Virus record (IMG/VR): IMGVR_UViG_3300042261_001117
Location: 25,277-89,276 of that record
Direction: 5' to 3' (one strand)
Origin: a virus
Length of the DNA stretch: 64,000 bases
Position 1 is the stretch's first letter. The number at the start of each line of letters is the position of its first letter. Shown piece after piece: positions 49,457-58,475 of this stretch. The translations under genes and the position numbers were made by a program. The notes under the pieces were generated by a model, which did no database searches, was not told the origin of the DNA, and saw only the letters and a list, made by a program, of their open reading frames with translations.

Positions 49457-51205
49457 ATGGCGAGGCGCGGGCGAGGCGCGGGCATGGGCGGTGCTGCTCC
49501 GCGGCGATCCGGAGCGGCGATCCAGCACCTGCGCCAGCAACAGAACCTCCAGCAGTCGCAGATCCCGCACGAACCACGCGACGTCGACGAATCCCAGGCG
49601 CTGCTCTTTGACCCGGACACGCTTCGCGAGTGGCACGAGGTGCTCGAGGCCACGCGCACGCACAGCCAGTTCGGCGTCTACGCGCTGAAGCAGATCGCGC
49701 GCGCGCCCGGCGTCCAAGCCATCGTCAACACCCGGCTCAACCAGCTAGCGAACTTCTCCAGGCCTCGCGAGGACAAGTACGGGACCGGCTTCCAACTGGT
49801 GACGCGCGAGGCGAAGCGCTCGCCGACGAAGCAGGAGAAGCTCCGCGCCCGCGAGATCACGAAGATGATCCAGACGTGCGGCTCGTTCGACAAGCCGTAC
49901 GAGCGCTTCCAGCGCAAGCACTTCGACGTGTTCCTGCAGGAGTGCGGGCGCGACTCGCTGGTCCTCGACGTGTTCCCGTTCGAAGTCATCATGGACCGGC
50001 GCGACAAGTACCCGCGCTGGTGGCAGCCCGTCGACGGCGCGAAGATCTTCCGCGTCATCCCTCAGAACCCCTACGGCAACTACAGCCCGACCGACGCCGC
50101 GTACGTGCAGCGGTGGCAGGACCAGGACGTCGCGTGGTGGGCGATGGACCAGTTGTGCTGCGGCGTGCGCCGCAGCCGCACCGACATGGAAAGCCAGGGG
50201 TACGGCTACCCGGAACTCGCAGAGTGCCTCGAAGTCGTCACCGGAATGCTGGTGGGCTGGGCCTACAACTTCAAGTTCTTCCAGAACGGCGGGCCCCGCG
50301 GCGTCGTGAGCGTCAACGGCGAGATCGCGAAGAAGAAGCTGCTGGCGTTCCAACGGCAGATGCTGTGGGCGGCGAGCGGGCTGAAGAACGCGTTCCGTAC
50401 GCTGATCGTGAACCCGTCAGGCCCGAACGCGTCGATCAACTGGGTGCCGTTCGGCGTCCCGAACAAGGAGATGGAGTTCTCGTCGTGGATCGACTCGAAC
50501 TTCCGCATGCTGTGCGCGGTGTTCGGCATCGAGCCCGACGAGACAGGCTACCACTACGGCAACGGCACCGGGCAGAAGGCGCTGTTCGAGACGTCGCCGG
50601 AGGCCAAGCTCAAGTACGGGAAGAGCAAGGGGCTGAGCCCGTTCCTTCGCAAGATCGAGTTCTTCCTGAACCAGTACATCGTGTGGCGGCTCGAGAACGG
50701 CGAGGACTTCGAACTGCAGTTCCTCGGCGACGGCGCCATGAGCGAGAACGAGCGTGCGGACCTCGACGAGAAGCTGGTGCGCAGCACGCACACCATCGAC
50801 GAGGTGCGCGCGGAGCACGACCTCCCGCCGCTGCCGGACGGCAAGGGCGAGTTCATCCTCAACCCGACGTACTACCAGATCGCGGTGGGCGTGGATCAGG
50901 CTGCGCAGGGCGGCATGGGCGGTGGGATGGACGGGCAGGGCGGATCGCCCGGCCAGGACGCCGCAGGTGGCGCGCAGGACGGGCAGAACGGCGCGGGAGA
51001 GCAGGGCGGTGGCGGTGACGCAGCGGGACCGGACCTCGCGACGGACTGGGGCGACGCTGGCGCGTCGGTGCCGGAGCACGACTGGGAAGGAGCGGCGGGC
51101 GGTGCGATCGGCGCCGGTGGTGGCGATGCTGCGAAGGCCGTCGCTGCGCCGTCAAACGTAGTTGACAAACGCGCTGGGCTGCGCAGAGTCACGGTCGTAG
51201 CCTGA
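49457..51205 (+). CDS. portal protein (SPO1/Twort-like)
   Basis: AIVNTRLNQ, RDSLVLD, VDGA.I, GYGYPEL, FFQNGG, KEMEF..W, KSKGL.P.L, TIDEVR. Confidence 0.9.
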   Translation: MARRGRGAGMGGAAPRRSGAAIQHLRQQQNLQQSQIPHEPRDVDESQALLFDPDTLREWHEVLEATRTHSQFGVYALKQIARAPGVQAIVNTRLNQLANFSRPREDKYGTGFQLVTREAKRSPTKQEKLRAREITKMIQTCGSFDKPYERFQRKHFDVFLQECGRDSLVLDVFPFEVIMDRRDKYPRWWQPVDGAKIFRVIPQNPYGNYSPTDAAYVQRWQDQDVAWWAMDQLCCGVRRSRTDMESQGYGYPELAECLEVVTGMLVGWAYNFKFFQNGGPRGVVSVNGEIAKKKLLAFQRQMLWAASGLKNAFRTLIVNPSGPNASINWVPFGVPNKEMEFSSWIDSNFRMLCAVFGIEPDETGYHYGNGTGQKALFETSPEAKLKYGKSKGLSPFLRKIEFFLNQYIVWRLENGEDFELQFLGDGAMSENERADLDEKLVRSTHTIDEVRAEHDLPPLPDGKGEFILNPTYYQIAVGVDQAAQGGMGGGMDGQGGSPGQDAAGGAQDGQNGAGEQGGGGDAAGPDLATDWGDAGASVPEHDWEGAAGGAIGAGGGDAAKAVAAPSNVVDKRAGLRRVTVVA

Positions 51206-51221
51206 GTCGTCGGAGGGTTCC

Positions 51222-52772
51222 ATGCCGCACGTGATCGAGATCGGGAAGCGTGGGGGGAAGATCGTCGGGCACCAGTCGGACGGGACGCCGATCTACGGGA
51301 AGGACACGCCGGACCACCAGCACACCGAGGCTCACCGCGCGTCGCATCGTGAGTGGAAGACGCGCTGGGAGTCGCGCGGCGCTGGGCGGTTCAACCAGAA
51401 GGTCGTCGAGCGTCGCGCAGACGAGCCGGTGCACGGCGCTGTGTTGCCCGGCAACTGGGACACGGACGGATCGCACAAGTTCGGGCAGCGCATCAGCGAG
51501 CACATCGACTACGCGGGGCACCGCCCGGTCACGAAGTACATGCTGCGGTCCGGAGCAACCAGCGACGACATCTACGGAACTCGCGCGTGGGACTTCAGTG
51601 GGCTGCACCATGGCGCCACGCACGAGAGCATCCACGACACCATCGACGAAGCGCAGGCCGCGGCGGACAAGCACGCGAAGAAGTGGGAGGCGGAGCACGC
51701 CAAGCGCGTCGCGGAGCATGCCAAGACCTCGAGCGCACGGAACGCGCGGCTCGAGAACGCGGGGACGCACTCGCACGAAGCGGTCGAAGGCGCTCGGATC
51801 AAGCTCGTCAAAGACGTCGCCAACGACGTCAAACTTGCAGTGTATCAAGTGGTCGATCATCCTGAGATCGAGGAGTTTTCGCACACGAATGGGCACCCGG
51901 GCGTTACGATCCACTGGCGCGACTGGGATTTCCCAAAAGACGAGTACGACGAGTCCGGCCACAGCCAGGATGAGCGCTTCGCGAAGAAGCGCAGCGCGAT
52001 CATGGACGCACTGAAGAAGTCGTTTGGCGCCAAGCTTGCGGACGTCGACGTCCAGATCTACCGCGGCGACAAGAACTACTTCGAAGCGTCGGTGGAAGCG
52101 AAGCCCCACGGCGAGTTCGGCATGGACAAGCCCGCGCCGGGATCGACGCCCACGCCGAAGCCGCCGGTCGAGGTGAAGAAGCCCGCGGACGTCGGGACGA
52201 AGCCGCCGGAGCGTGGCGACGCCCGCGAGAAGTACGAGTCGCTGAAGACCAGCGCTCAGGAAGCGGAAAACGGCGTCGAAGCCGCGTACAAACGTGGCGA
52301 CAACGCGGAGGCCTCGCGGTTGCACAAGAAAGCCGCGCACCTCTTCGGTCAGGCGGCGGCGCACAACGCGGACCACGCGGTGGGCACGACTGCGGAGCGC
52401 AAGCTGCTGGAGAGCGCCGCGCAGCACCACCACGCGGTGGCAGATGACGCGGCGCGCAAGGCGGCGGAGAAACCCGCTCCGAAGCCGGAACCCAGGCCCG
52501 ACGTGAAGCCGCCCGAGCCGAAGCCCGAGCCAAAAAAGACCACGTCGCTCTCGGTCGGTCGCGACCCCCGGCTCCCCGACAAGGGCACCGAGGTCAAGAA
52601 GACGTGGCGCGGCAAGAACGTCGTCCTCGTCGAGAACGACAACGGCCAGTTCCACCTCTTCGTCGACGGCGCGGAGCACGGCGTGTACTCGAGCCCGTCG
52701 AAGGCTGCGAGCACGCTCATGGGCAGCCCGCAGAACGGCTACCTGTTCTTCGGGCTCAACAAGAAGGGGTAG
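51222..52772 (+). CDS. GKRGG-tagged polyvalent protein with C-terminal DUF2924/RAMA-like domain
   Basis: MPHVIEIGKRGGKIVGHQSDGTPIYG; RDPRLPDKG...QNGYLFFGL. Confidence 0.72.
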   Translation: MPHVIEIGKRGGKIVGHQSDGTPIYGKDTPDHQHTEAHRASHREWKTRWESRGAGRFNQKVVERRADEPVHGAVLPGNWDTDGSHKFGQRISEHIDYAGHRPVTKYMLRSGATSDDIYGTRAWDFSGLHHGATHESIHDTIDEAQAAADKHAKKWEAEHAKRVAEHAKTSSARNARLENAGTHSHEAVEGARIKLVKDVANDVKLAVYQVVDHPEIEEFSHTNGHPGVTIHWRDWDFPKDEYDESGHSQDERFAKKRSAIMDALKKSFGAKLADVDVQIYRGDKNYFEASVEAKPHGEFGMDKPAPGSTPTPKPPVEVKKPADVGTKPPERGDAREKYESLKTSAQEAENGVEAAYKRGDNAEASRLHKKAAHLFGQAAAHNADHAVGTTAERKLLESAAQHHHAVADDAARKAAEKPAPKPEPRPDVKPPEPKPEPKKTTSLSVGRDPRLPDKGTEVKKTWRGKNVVLVENDNGQFHLFVDGAEHGVYSSPSKAASTLMGSPQNGYLFFGLNKKG

Positions 52773-52777
52773 ACCAC

Positions 52778-53011
52778 GTGCGCGTCACGCTCGAAGAGGA
52801 CCACCCCGGAGAACTCGACGCCTGCGACGCGGTCGAGAAGGCGATCACCGCAGTGCGGAAGGCGGTCCCTGACCACCACGCGGCGGAGGAAGCCGAGCAG
52901 TCGAAGTACCAGTTGATGCGGTCGGAGCAGGCGGATGCGGAGCAGCGGGCGCACGCGCGGCTGCAGCGCATGGTGGCGGACGTGGAGCGGGTGCTGCGCA
53001 GGATGAGGTGA
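52778..53011 (+). CDS. small hypothetical protein
   Basis: Fills operon gap; VEKA motif. Confidence 0.5.
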   Translation: MRVTLEEDHPGELDACDAVEKAITAVRKAVPDHHAAEEAEQSKYQLMRSEQADAEQRAHARLQRMVADVERVLRRMR

Positions 53012-53014
53012 GCG

Positions 53015-55528
53015 ATGAAGCTGGTGTTGCACCGCGCGGAGAAGTCGCTGGACGTCGGCGCGCGCCCCACGACGAACCTGACTGGCACTGTCGAGGTGCC
53101 GCGCACCACGCACCCGGTGCTGGTGCAGCCGCCGAAGAAGAAGCGGCGCGAGCACGCGTTCACGGGCTTCATCGACTTCCAAGGGCTGAAGATCGACGTC
53201 GAGAACCGCCTGGGCGAGACGCGCTCGGGCGTCGACGGCGACGGGAAGCCGTGGTCGACGGAGATGGTCGCTGGGCACTACGGCGAGATCAGAAACACCG
53301 AGGGCACGGACTCCGACGCACTCGACGTGTACGTGGGGCCCAACCACGACTCGTCGCTGGTGGTGGTGATCCATCAATTCGATCCGCAGACCGCAGAGTA
53401 CGACGAGGACAAGTGCATGCTCGGTTACGACTCGGTCGAGGAAGCGATCGGCGCGTACAAGAAGCAGTACGACCGACCGGGCTTCTATCACGATGGCGAG
53501 TACGAAGCGCTGCCGATCGGTGCGTTCTGGCGCTGGGTGCACGACGGGCGGAAGCGCGGGTTCAAGATCGACGCGGAGAAGCTCGTCGGCGGTCGCGCGG
53601 ACGGGATGACGGACGCGGACTTCGACGCGGACGCGCTCGCCGCGGGCACGAAGCACGAGCGTGAGCACACGAACGACGAGGCGACCGCGCGGGAGATCGC
53701 GCGTGACCACCTTGCAGAGGACCCGGCCTACTACACGAAGCTGGCCAAGATGGAGGCGACCATGGGCGACGCGGACAAGAGCATCCACGTGGGGGCGCGC
53801 GATGAGGTCGCCAAGAGCCAGACGATCGTGAAGGTGGGGCCGCGGGGCGGCCAGATCATCGGCTACTTGCATGGCGACGAGAAGCATCCGATCTACGCGG
53901 AGCGTGGCGCTCACGTGGCGCCGCACCCGAGCGTCGCCAACGCGGGCGGCTGGTCGCAGCACTTCGTGGAAGGCGACGACCGACCGCACCACGTCTTCGT
54001 CCCGCACCACGATTGGGTTCGCAAGCTGCAGGTCGGAGACACCGTGCCCGACCCGATGAACCCAGGCAAGGTGACGACGGTCAGCGACATCCACTATCGT
54101 GGCGAGGACAAGCACGGCGCTCCGTACGTGGGCTTCTCCGTGCCGTTCGGCGACCGCGGGACCATCTCGTCGTCGTTCAAGGGCGGGAAGCCCGAGGCTG
54201 GCCCCGGCAGCCCGCTGCTGTCGGAAGACCTGAGCAAAGAGGGCGCGCGTGTGCGCCGTGACGCTGGCATCCCGACGCCTGCGATTGAGCACCACGACGT
54301 GTGGGCGGACAGTGCAATCGCCAACGAGCAGCGGGTGGTACAGCCCGCGCCGGAGCCGGATCCCGTCGTGCAGCCCGGCCCGGTTGTCCAGCCGGTCGAG
54401 ATCGCCAAGCCCCCCGTCGACGTCGGCCGCGACCCCCGGCTGCCCGCGCCCGGCACCACCATCTCCCGCGAGTACCAGGGCAAGCGCGTGGAGGTCGTCG
54501 AGCGGGACGGGAAGTTCCACGCGTCGATCGACGGCGCGGACGCGGGCGTGCACACGTCGCTCTCGAAGGTCGCCACCTCGATCGCGGGCTCGAGCCAGAA
54601 CGGCTACGCGTGGTTCAAGCTCGGCGCCGGGCAGAAGCGTGCGGCGGTGGAGAAGCCGGAGCCTGCGGTTGTTCCTGTCGCAGTGAAACCACGCGGCGTC
54701 GACGTGCAGAACATCGGCGGGTACTCGTTCGACGCTGCGGACGCCACGCGAGACGCTGGCACCAAGACGATGCACAGCGCGATGAAGAACGGCCACACGG
54801 TTCACCTGCACCACGACGGAGACAACTGGGTCGCCACCGCCCGCGGCAGGGACATCACCGCCACGCACGAGCACTCGACGCAGGACGGCGCGGTGCTCGG
54901 AGCGTCGAAGAAGTGGCACGATGCGCATGCGCAATCCCAGCGTGATGCCACCGCAGAAGACGCGCGGCGCGAGCTTGTGCAGCGTCAGACCGCGGATCAT
55001 GCGCATGCAACGAAGCGCGTCGACCCTGCGCCGATCACCAACGCGGAACTGGCGGAAAAGTACGCTGGTGCGTTCAAGAACTCGCGCGATCGTGGCACAG
55101 AACTTGTTCGTTCGCAGTACATATCCGGACGGGAAAGCCTCCGGCCGCATCATGGCGTGACCGACACTGGAGAGCCGTACGTCATTTACGCGACGAAGGA
55201 CAGCGGCCACGTCACGCACAAGGGCACTGTCATCCGCAATCCCGCCAAGTCGTGGCACACAGGGAGGATCAACGTCGCGTGGCCGACGCGCAGCAATCCG
55301 AACAACTTCGGGGGCATGGTTATCGACCGCGTCTACGACAAGACGGTACTCGGCGAAGACGACGCCAAGATTCGTCAGCACGACTACGCGCTGGCTGACA
55401 AGTATGATGCGATCATCGACGCGCTTAAGAGCGGTAAGCATCCATACGATGCGTCCAAAGCTCGCGCCAAGTCCGCTCCGAAGCCCGTCGAGAAGTCCAT
55501 CTTCATCGGCCCGCGCCCCACGGAGTAG
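53015..55528 (+). CDS. polyvalent protein: InPase-like, DUF5661-like, internal GPRGG tag, DUF2924/RAMA-like, unknown C-terminal modules
   Basis: IDVEN..G..RSG...W...M..HYG.I..TEG.D.D.LDVYVGP...DEDK.MLG; HEREHT...AREIARDHL.EDP.YYTKL; RDPRLPAPG. Confidence 0.78.
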   Translation: MKLVLHRAEKSLDVGARPTTNLTGTVEVPRTTHPVLVQPPKKKRREHAFTGFIDFQGLKIDVENRLGETRSGVDGDGKPWSTEMVAGHYGEIRNTEGTDSDALDVYVGPNHDSSLVVVIHQFDPQTAEYDEDKCMLGYDSVEEAIGAYKKQYDRPGFYHDGEYEALPIGAFWRWVHDGRKRGFKIDAEKLVGGRADGMTDADFDADALAAGTKHEREHTNDEATAREIARDHLAEDPAYYTKLAKMEATMGDADKSIHVGARDEVAKSQTIVKVGPRGGQIIGYLHGDEKHPIYAERGAHVAPHPSVANAGGWSQHFVEGDDRPHHVFVPHHDWVRKLQVGDTVPDPMNPGKVTTVSDIHYRGEDKHGAPYVGFSVPFGDRGTISSSFKGGKPEAGPGSPLLSEDLSKEGARVRRDAGIPTPAIEHHDVWADSAIANEQRVVQPAPEPDPVVQPGPVVQPVEIAKPPVDVGRDPRLPAPGTTISREYQGKRVEVVERDGKFHASIDGADAGVHTSLSKVATSIAGSSQNGYAWFKLGAGQKRAAVEKPEPAVVPVAVKPRGVDVQNIGGYSFDAADATRDAGTKTMHSAMKNGHTVHLHHDGDNWVATARGRDITATHEHSTQDGAVLGASKKWHDAHAQSQRDATAEDARRELVQRQTADHAHATKRVDPAPITNAELAEKYAGAFKNSRDRGTELVRSQYISGRESLRPHHGVTDTGEPYVIYATKDSGHVTHKGTVIRNPAKSWHTGRINVAWPTRSNPNNFGGMVIDRVYDKTVLGEDDAKIRQHDYALADKYDAIIDALKSGKHPYDASKARAKSAPKPVEKSIFIGPRPTE

Positions 55529-55531
55529 CGC

Positions 55532-56434
55532 ATGCGCCTGACGCCCACCGACCTGCGCGAGATCCGCCAGATCATCGACGACCACTGGACGTCGTTGGTG
55601 GCGGAGACGTACGGGCCCGACGCGATCGGGCTGGCGGCGGCTGACGTGCAGCGGCTGGTGGACGCGGGCGTGCTGGACCCGAGCGTGTTGGGCACCAGCG
55701 ACCCGATCGGCGACGCGCGGGCGCTCGGGCTGGTGGAGACGCGGCTGAAGCTGTCGGGCATCGATCCTGCGCTGGCGACGGTGGAGCAGGTTCGCGCGGC
55801 GGCGCGCAACGCGGCACCGCTCATGCCGATCGAACAGGAAGCGGCGGCGTTCGCGCGGCAGTACGCTGCGCAGCATGCGGTCGCGCTGGGAAACAGAGTG
55901 GCGGATCAGATCCTGTCGGCGGTCAACGTGGAGGACGCGACGCTCCGCGCGCAGATGCTAACCACGATCCGCACCAAGACAGCGGAGGCGATCGAGACGC
56001 GGGCGAGCATCTCCAAGCTCACGAGCAGCCTCCGCAACGCGACCGGCGACTACGCGCGCGACTGGCGCAGAATCGCGGCGACGGAGATGCAGCGGGCGCA
56101 CCAGCATGGGGTGGCCACTTCGATCGCGCGCGACCTTGGCGACGGCGGGAAGAAAGACCCGCTGGTGGCAAAGATCCCGACGCCCGCGGCATGCCCGCGC
56201 TGCCGCGACCTGTACACCGAAGGCGGCAAGCCGCGCATCTTCCGCCTCAGCGAACTCATGGCGAACGGCGAGAACGTGGGGCGGAAGGCGAAGGAGTGGC
56301 TGCCGACGGTTGGGCCAATTCATCCAGCGTGCATGTGCGGCATGGTCAGCGTACACGAAGGCTGGTCGTTCGACGACGACTGGTCGCTCCGCCCGCCCGA
56401 GCCCGTCGCTCCTGCCGAACCCGTGGCGCCATGA
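55532..56434 (+). CDS. MuF/SPP1 gp7-like head morphogenesis protein
   Basis: RIAATEM..A...G, ACPRC and PIHPACMC. Confidence 0.8.
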   Translation: MRLTPTDLREIRQIIDDHWTSLVAETYGPDAIGLAAADVQRLVDAGVLDPSVLGTSDPIGDARALGLVETRLKLSGIDPALATVEQVRAAARNAAPLMPIEQEAAAFARQYAAQHAVALGNRVADQILSAVNVEDATLRAQMLTTIRTKTAEAIETRASISKLTSSLRNATGDYARDWRRIAATEMQRAHQHGVATSIARDLGDGGKKDPLVAKIPTPAACPRCRDLYTEGGKPRIFRLSELMANGENVGRKAKEWLPTVGPIHPACMCGMVSVHEGWSFDDDWSLRPPEPVAPAEPVAP

Positions 56435-56649
56435 CCGACGCCGCGAACCGTGCTCGCACAGTATCTCTCACGCGCATCCGCTGCCGCACGTGCGGGCACG
56501 ACCTCGCGTTCGAGTCGAACGGCAAGCTGAAGATCCGCATTCCCTCGCGCATGCTGGCGGTGTCGCTGGCGGATGGCTCGTGCGACATGACCTGCCCGAA
56601 CTGCAAGAGCGATACGAAGATCCCGCTGCGCTTCATCGCGCAGCCGTGA
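56431..56649 (+). CDS. small zinc-ribbon protein (Mu Com-like)
   Basis: IRCRTCG..L and CPNCK. Confidence 0.55.
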   Translation: MTDAANRARTVSLTRIRCRTCGHDLAFESNGKLKIRIPSRMLAVSLADGSCDMTCPNCKSDTKIPLRFIAQP

Positions 56650-56731
56650 TCTTCACAGCGCAACGCCCCGTAACGCAACGCGTTTTCTTTGTGTCTCGGA
56701 TCGTGCATCGCGCATCGTACTTGCAAGACTC

Positions 56732-56836
56732 TTGACAGACACCTTCCGCACTCGATACCCTGACAGCGACTTCGAGGCCTAGAAGAGGCGAGCGGCGGCG
56801 CGTGGTGAACGCGACGTTCCTCGCCTCTTTGCGTTT
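56732..56836 (+). promoter_or_regulatory. promoter and structured leader of the protease-capsid operon
   Basis: TTGACA-N18-TACCCT; AAGAGGCGAG/CTCGCCTCTT stem enclosing CGCGT-GGTGA-ACGCG. Confidence 0.5.
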
Positions 56837-56845
56837 GGGGGCAGC

Positions 56846-58435
56846 GTGGGCCAGCAGCGGCACTTCAGCGACGATCCCGGCATCCAGGCACTCGCCGAGG
56901 CGATGTACTGGCGTGGAGCGCCGGAGTCCCGCGTGGTCAGCTACGCGGAGACGCTGAAGGACGTCGGCGTCGGCGCGGGCGAGATCGTGGACTGGGCGGA
57001 GGTGTTCGTTCCGACCGTCGCGATCGAGACGGTCGCGAAGGGCGTCGCGGCTCCTACCACGAAGCGTGGCGGCAAGATCCTGGCCACCGTGCGCGGCATC
57101 GCCACCAGCGAGCGCAAGGATCTGCAGGGCGAGAAGATCCTGCAAGACGGCGTCGACTGGCGCTACTTCCTGGCCAAGGGGTGGCTCAACGACGTGCACG
57201 ATAAGGGCACGGGCGGCGGGCTCGGCTACCCGACGACGATCAAGCACACGAAGGTCAAGGGCAAGGACGGCGTCGAGCGCCCCGCGACGGAGTTCGAGGG
57301 CGTGCTGCTCGACACGCAGAAGTCCCGCGACATCCTCGATCTGTACAAGGCGCTGGACGGGCACGACCGTGCGATCGGATCGAGCATCCAGGGTCCGGTG
57401 ATCCTGCGGCTCGACGACACGGGGAACCCCGCGGAGAAGGGCAAGACGATCGCGAAGATGCTGGCGATCGACCTGTCGCTCACGAGGCACCCGGTCAACG
57501 TGGACACGTACGGGTCGGTGGACCTGTGCGAGAAGAGCATCGACGCGCTGGGGCGCAAGCTCCGGTTCGCGATGAGTGCGGACAGCGCGGCGAAGGACAC
57601 CACTGCCGGTCACCCCGCGCCCACGTACGACGGTGGCGGCTCCGCCGCGCCGTTGTTCCGGCAGGATCACAACAGGAGGCCGAGCATGAAGCGGGCGGTG
57701 TGCAAGGACGCGAACGTCCAGAAGTACCTGGACGGGCTGAAGGACGACGACTACGACAACGCCGCCAAGGCCATGAAGGCCGCCGGTGTGCAGTTCGACG
57801 ACGGCGCGGACGACGAGCCCGACAACGACAAGGACGACGCGGAGAAGGCGCTGGCGGAGTACGACGCCAAGCTCGCGGCGGCCATGGCGGACGTCAAGGA
57901 CCACCTCGAGAAGGGCGGCAAGATCCTCTTCGCGGAGGGCGCCGAGGCCGAGGCCACCGTCGACACCACCGGCACGCTGCGCACCGTGCACGACACGCTG
58001 CAGCAGGTCGTGAGCGGCATCAACGGCATCGCGAAGGGCATGGTCCTGCTCGCGAAGTACGCCGAGGTGGCGAAGGGCATCCAGTCCGGCGCCACGCCCG
58101 CGCAGCCCGTCGACCTGAGCGGCGTCGAGAAGTCGCTCGGCGCGCTGTCGGAGCGGCTCGAGTCCATCGAGAAGGATCTCGGCGGCGCGACGGTCAGCCG
58201 CTTCGTTCGGCGCCCGGCGGACGGCTCGGTGGCGCAGCCCGGCGGCGCGCCCGGCAAGGTCGACCAGAGCAAGGTGCGCGACGCGGCGTTCCGCGAGTTC
58301 TCGCGCGCGGAGCGCATCGCCGACGACGCGGAGAAGTCGATCCGCATGGACGAACTCGCCGCGATCTTCAACAAACTGGACACGGGCATCGAGGTCACCG
58401 CGAAGGACCTCACGCAGTTCAACGTGACGCTGTAG
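56846..58435 (+). CDS. prohead protease fused to scaffold domain
   Basis: GIATS..KDLQGE, GWLNDVH, IGSSIQG, LTRHPVN; acidic coiled-coil C-half with internal RBS and ATG at 57686. Confidence 0.85.
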   Translation: MGQQRHFSDDPGIQALAEAMYWRGAPESRVVSYAETLKDVGVGAGEIVDWAEVFVPTVAIETVAKGVAAPTTKRGGKILATVRGIATSERKDLQGEKILQDGVDWRYFLAKGWLNDVHDKGTGGGLGYPTTIKHTKVKGKDGVERPATEFEGVLLDTQKSRDILDLYKALDGHDRAIGSSIQGPVILRLDDTGNPAEKGKTIAKMLAIDLSLTRHPVNVDTYGSVDLCEKSIDALGRKLRFAMSADSAAKDTTAGHPAPTYDGGGSAAPLFRQDHNRRPSMKRAVCKDANVQKYLDGLKDDDYDNAAKAMKAAGVQFDDGADDEPDNDKDDAEKALAEYDAKLAAAMADVKDHLEKGGKILFAEGAEAEATVDTTGTLRTVHDTLQQVVSGINGIAKGMVLLAKYAEVAKGIQSGATPAQPVDLSGVEKSLGALSERLESIEKDLGGATVSRFVRRPADGSVAQPGGAPGKVDQSKVRDAAFREFSRAERIADDAEKSIRMDELAAIFNKLDTGIEVTAKDLTQFNVTL

Positions 58436-58475
58436 GCGCGTCGAGACCAGGAACGGAAGGACCACGGAGGACCCC

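Noticed and set aside
44950-55528. Diversity-generating retroelement behind the repeated modules
   Set aside because: No reverse transcriptase, and repeats are conserved at protein level rather than as a TR/VR pair differing at adenines
52739-55876. Very long minus-strand ORFs (also 4585-6984, 44848-46836, 56633-58483, 58419-60644)
   Set aside because: Antisense shadows of real + strand genes in high-GC DNA; Arg/Ala-rich with no motifs or RBS
57058-57081. KRGGKI in the prohead protease as a sixth tag copy
   Set aside because: Lacks the preceding Gly, the following Gly and the P[IV]Y; probably chance
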